From Ranitomeya imitator (taxonomy: Eukaryota): a stretch of 64,000 nucleotides of DNA. Below the pieces are notes generated by a model. The model worked only from the letters and a program-made list of their open reading frames with translations, was not told where the DNA came from and did not search any database. Made by a program: the position numbers and the translations under genes. The DNA is taken from positions 182,714,001-182,778,000 of the forward strand of contig NC_091288.1 in assembly GCF_032444005.1 (NCBI RefSeq). The letters are read 5' to 3'. How positions within the stretch are numbered: position 1 is the stretch's first letter; each line of letters opens with the position of its first letter. Of this stretch, positions 63,201 to 64,000 are shown piece after piece.

Positions 63201-63279
63201 CATACACCCATGGTCTGTGTCCCCCAATGAATGGCTCGGAGAAAAGGATTTTACGGTGAGTACACAAAAATCCCTATTT
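57227..63279 (+). mobile_element. DIRS1-type tyrosine-recombinase retrotransposon (6053 bp) with decayed coding regions
   Basis: 125-bp inverted terminal repeats (57241-57365, 63105-63229). Internal complementary region 62890-62988 matching both ends. TTT termini. YR-like remnants near 62560-62835 (SARLAWWI..I.ES, SSSPHTFLKH, GRRTLQAAV). Confidence 0.92.
58790..59810. repeat. ~30-bp minisatellite (TTAAAGGCACATGACCAGTATGCCCTGGTC)n inside the DIRS element, with a 60-bp higher-order block
   Basis: Roughly 33 units; four identical 60-mers at about 58991-59230. Confidence 0.93.
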
Positions 63280-64000
63280 ATGGTCTATAGACATGTATCA
63301 CTTATAATTATTAGTTATAATGGTTTTCTAATGTGTTCGTAAAAAAAAAAAAAAAAAAGTTGGCTGTTCGTGATTTTTTTGGAGACGCTGTCAAAAACAA
63401 AATATAATTGGCAACCCTGGATGGGAATACTATACTTTCTAATCTAGATTGGGTGCCTCTAGTGCCCCCTGGTGTCAGGTCCCTGCAGAGACAGAGTAGG
63501 AGGAGGCTGGCTTAGCTGTTGTAATGTGCCATCAGCCAGCCCCCTTCATACACCTCACTTGCCACACACTGACCCTGACCGTTCTGTTCTGTGTTAGTAC
63601 ATGGCTGGTGGTCCAAGAGCAGGGGCCAGGACAAGTGTAGCTACGGGGGAATAGGACCCCAAAGGTATGTATTGGAAAGTTACGGTATATATTTTACTAC
63701 TTACAGATGACTTTATTGTTCTTTCCCTCTGGCTCATCCCATAGTAAGATTGATCGCAGTGACTGTCAAGTAAAAGTCACGCTCGGCCGAAAAGCATCTT
63801 AAGATTTTTACATATATTCCTCTGAGGGTTTTTTTTTACCCTCGTTTGATCTTTCTCACAGCTGTCAGCATTGTGTGCATTTCTCAATACTTGCAAATAG
63901 TTGTAGTATAGTGCAGCCATTTACGATCACACTTATTGTGCAACTCTGCATTCCTGTGACGCCACAAGATACCTAGTTCCCTGCTAATACTACATACAGT

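Noticed and set aside
63280-64000. Search for the IGSF6 Ig-V exon and METTL9 last exon
   Set aside because: A - strand donor at about 63684 exists, but all three frames upstream of it hit stops and no Ig or METTL9 motifs are present. Both exons are presumably beyond the window.

Overview
Vertebrate genomic DNA. The repeat landscape suggests a hyloid frog, possibly dendrobatid-like (inference). There is one assembly gap (34052-34202). I assembled four genes by hand from splice sites and remembered protein similarity: (1) CDR2 first coding exon (- strand); (2) head-to-head with it, a complete 6-coding-exon MFSD13B-type MFS membrane protein gene (+, 1395 nt CDS, 464 aa, no disablements); (3) METTL9 exons 1-4 (+, last exon outside the window); (4) IGSF6 last four coding exons (-), nested in METTL9 intron 4. 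The rest is dense, often nested, transposon sequence: a 6.05 kb DIRS-type element with near-perfect termini but dead ORFs, a nearly intact Tc1, an 811 bp near-perfect palindromic TTAA MITE, hAT/pogo/Harbinger MITEs, two solo LTRs, L2 and L1 LINE fragments, V-SINEs, Penelope-like palindromic insertions with hammerhead-ribozyme-like motifs, and several minisatellites. No CRISPR array, rRNA or genuine tRNA gene was seen. All homology calls are from memory; no database search was run.
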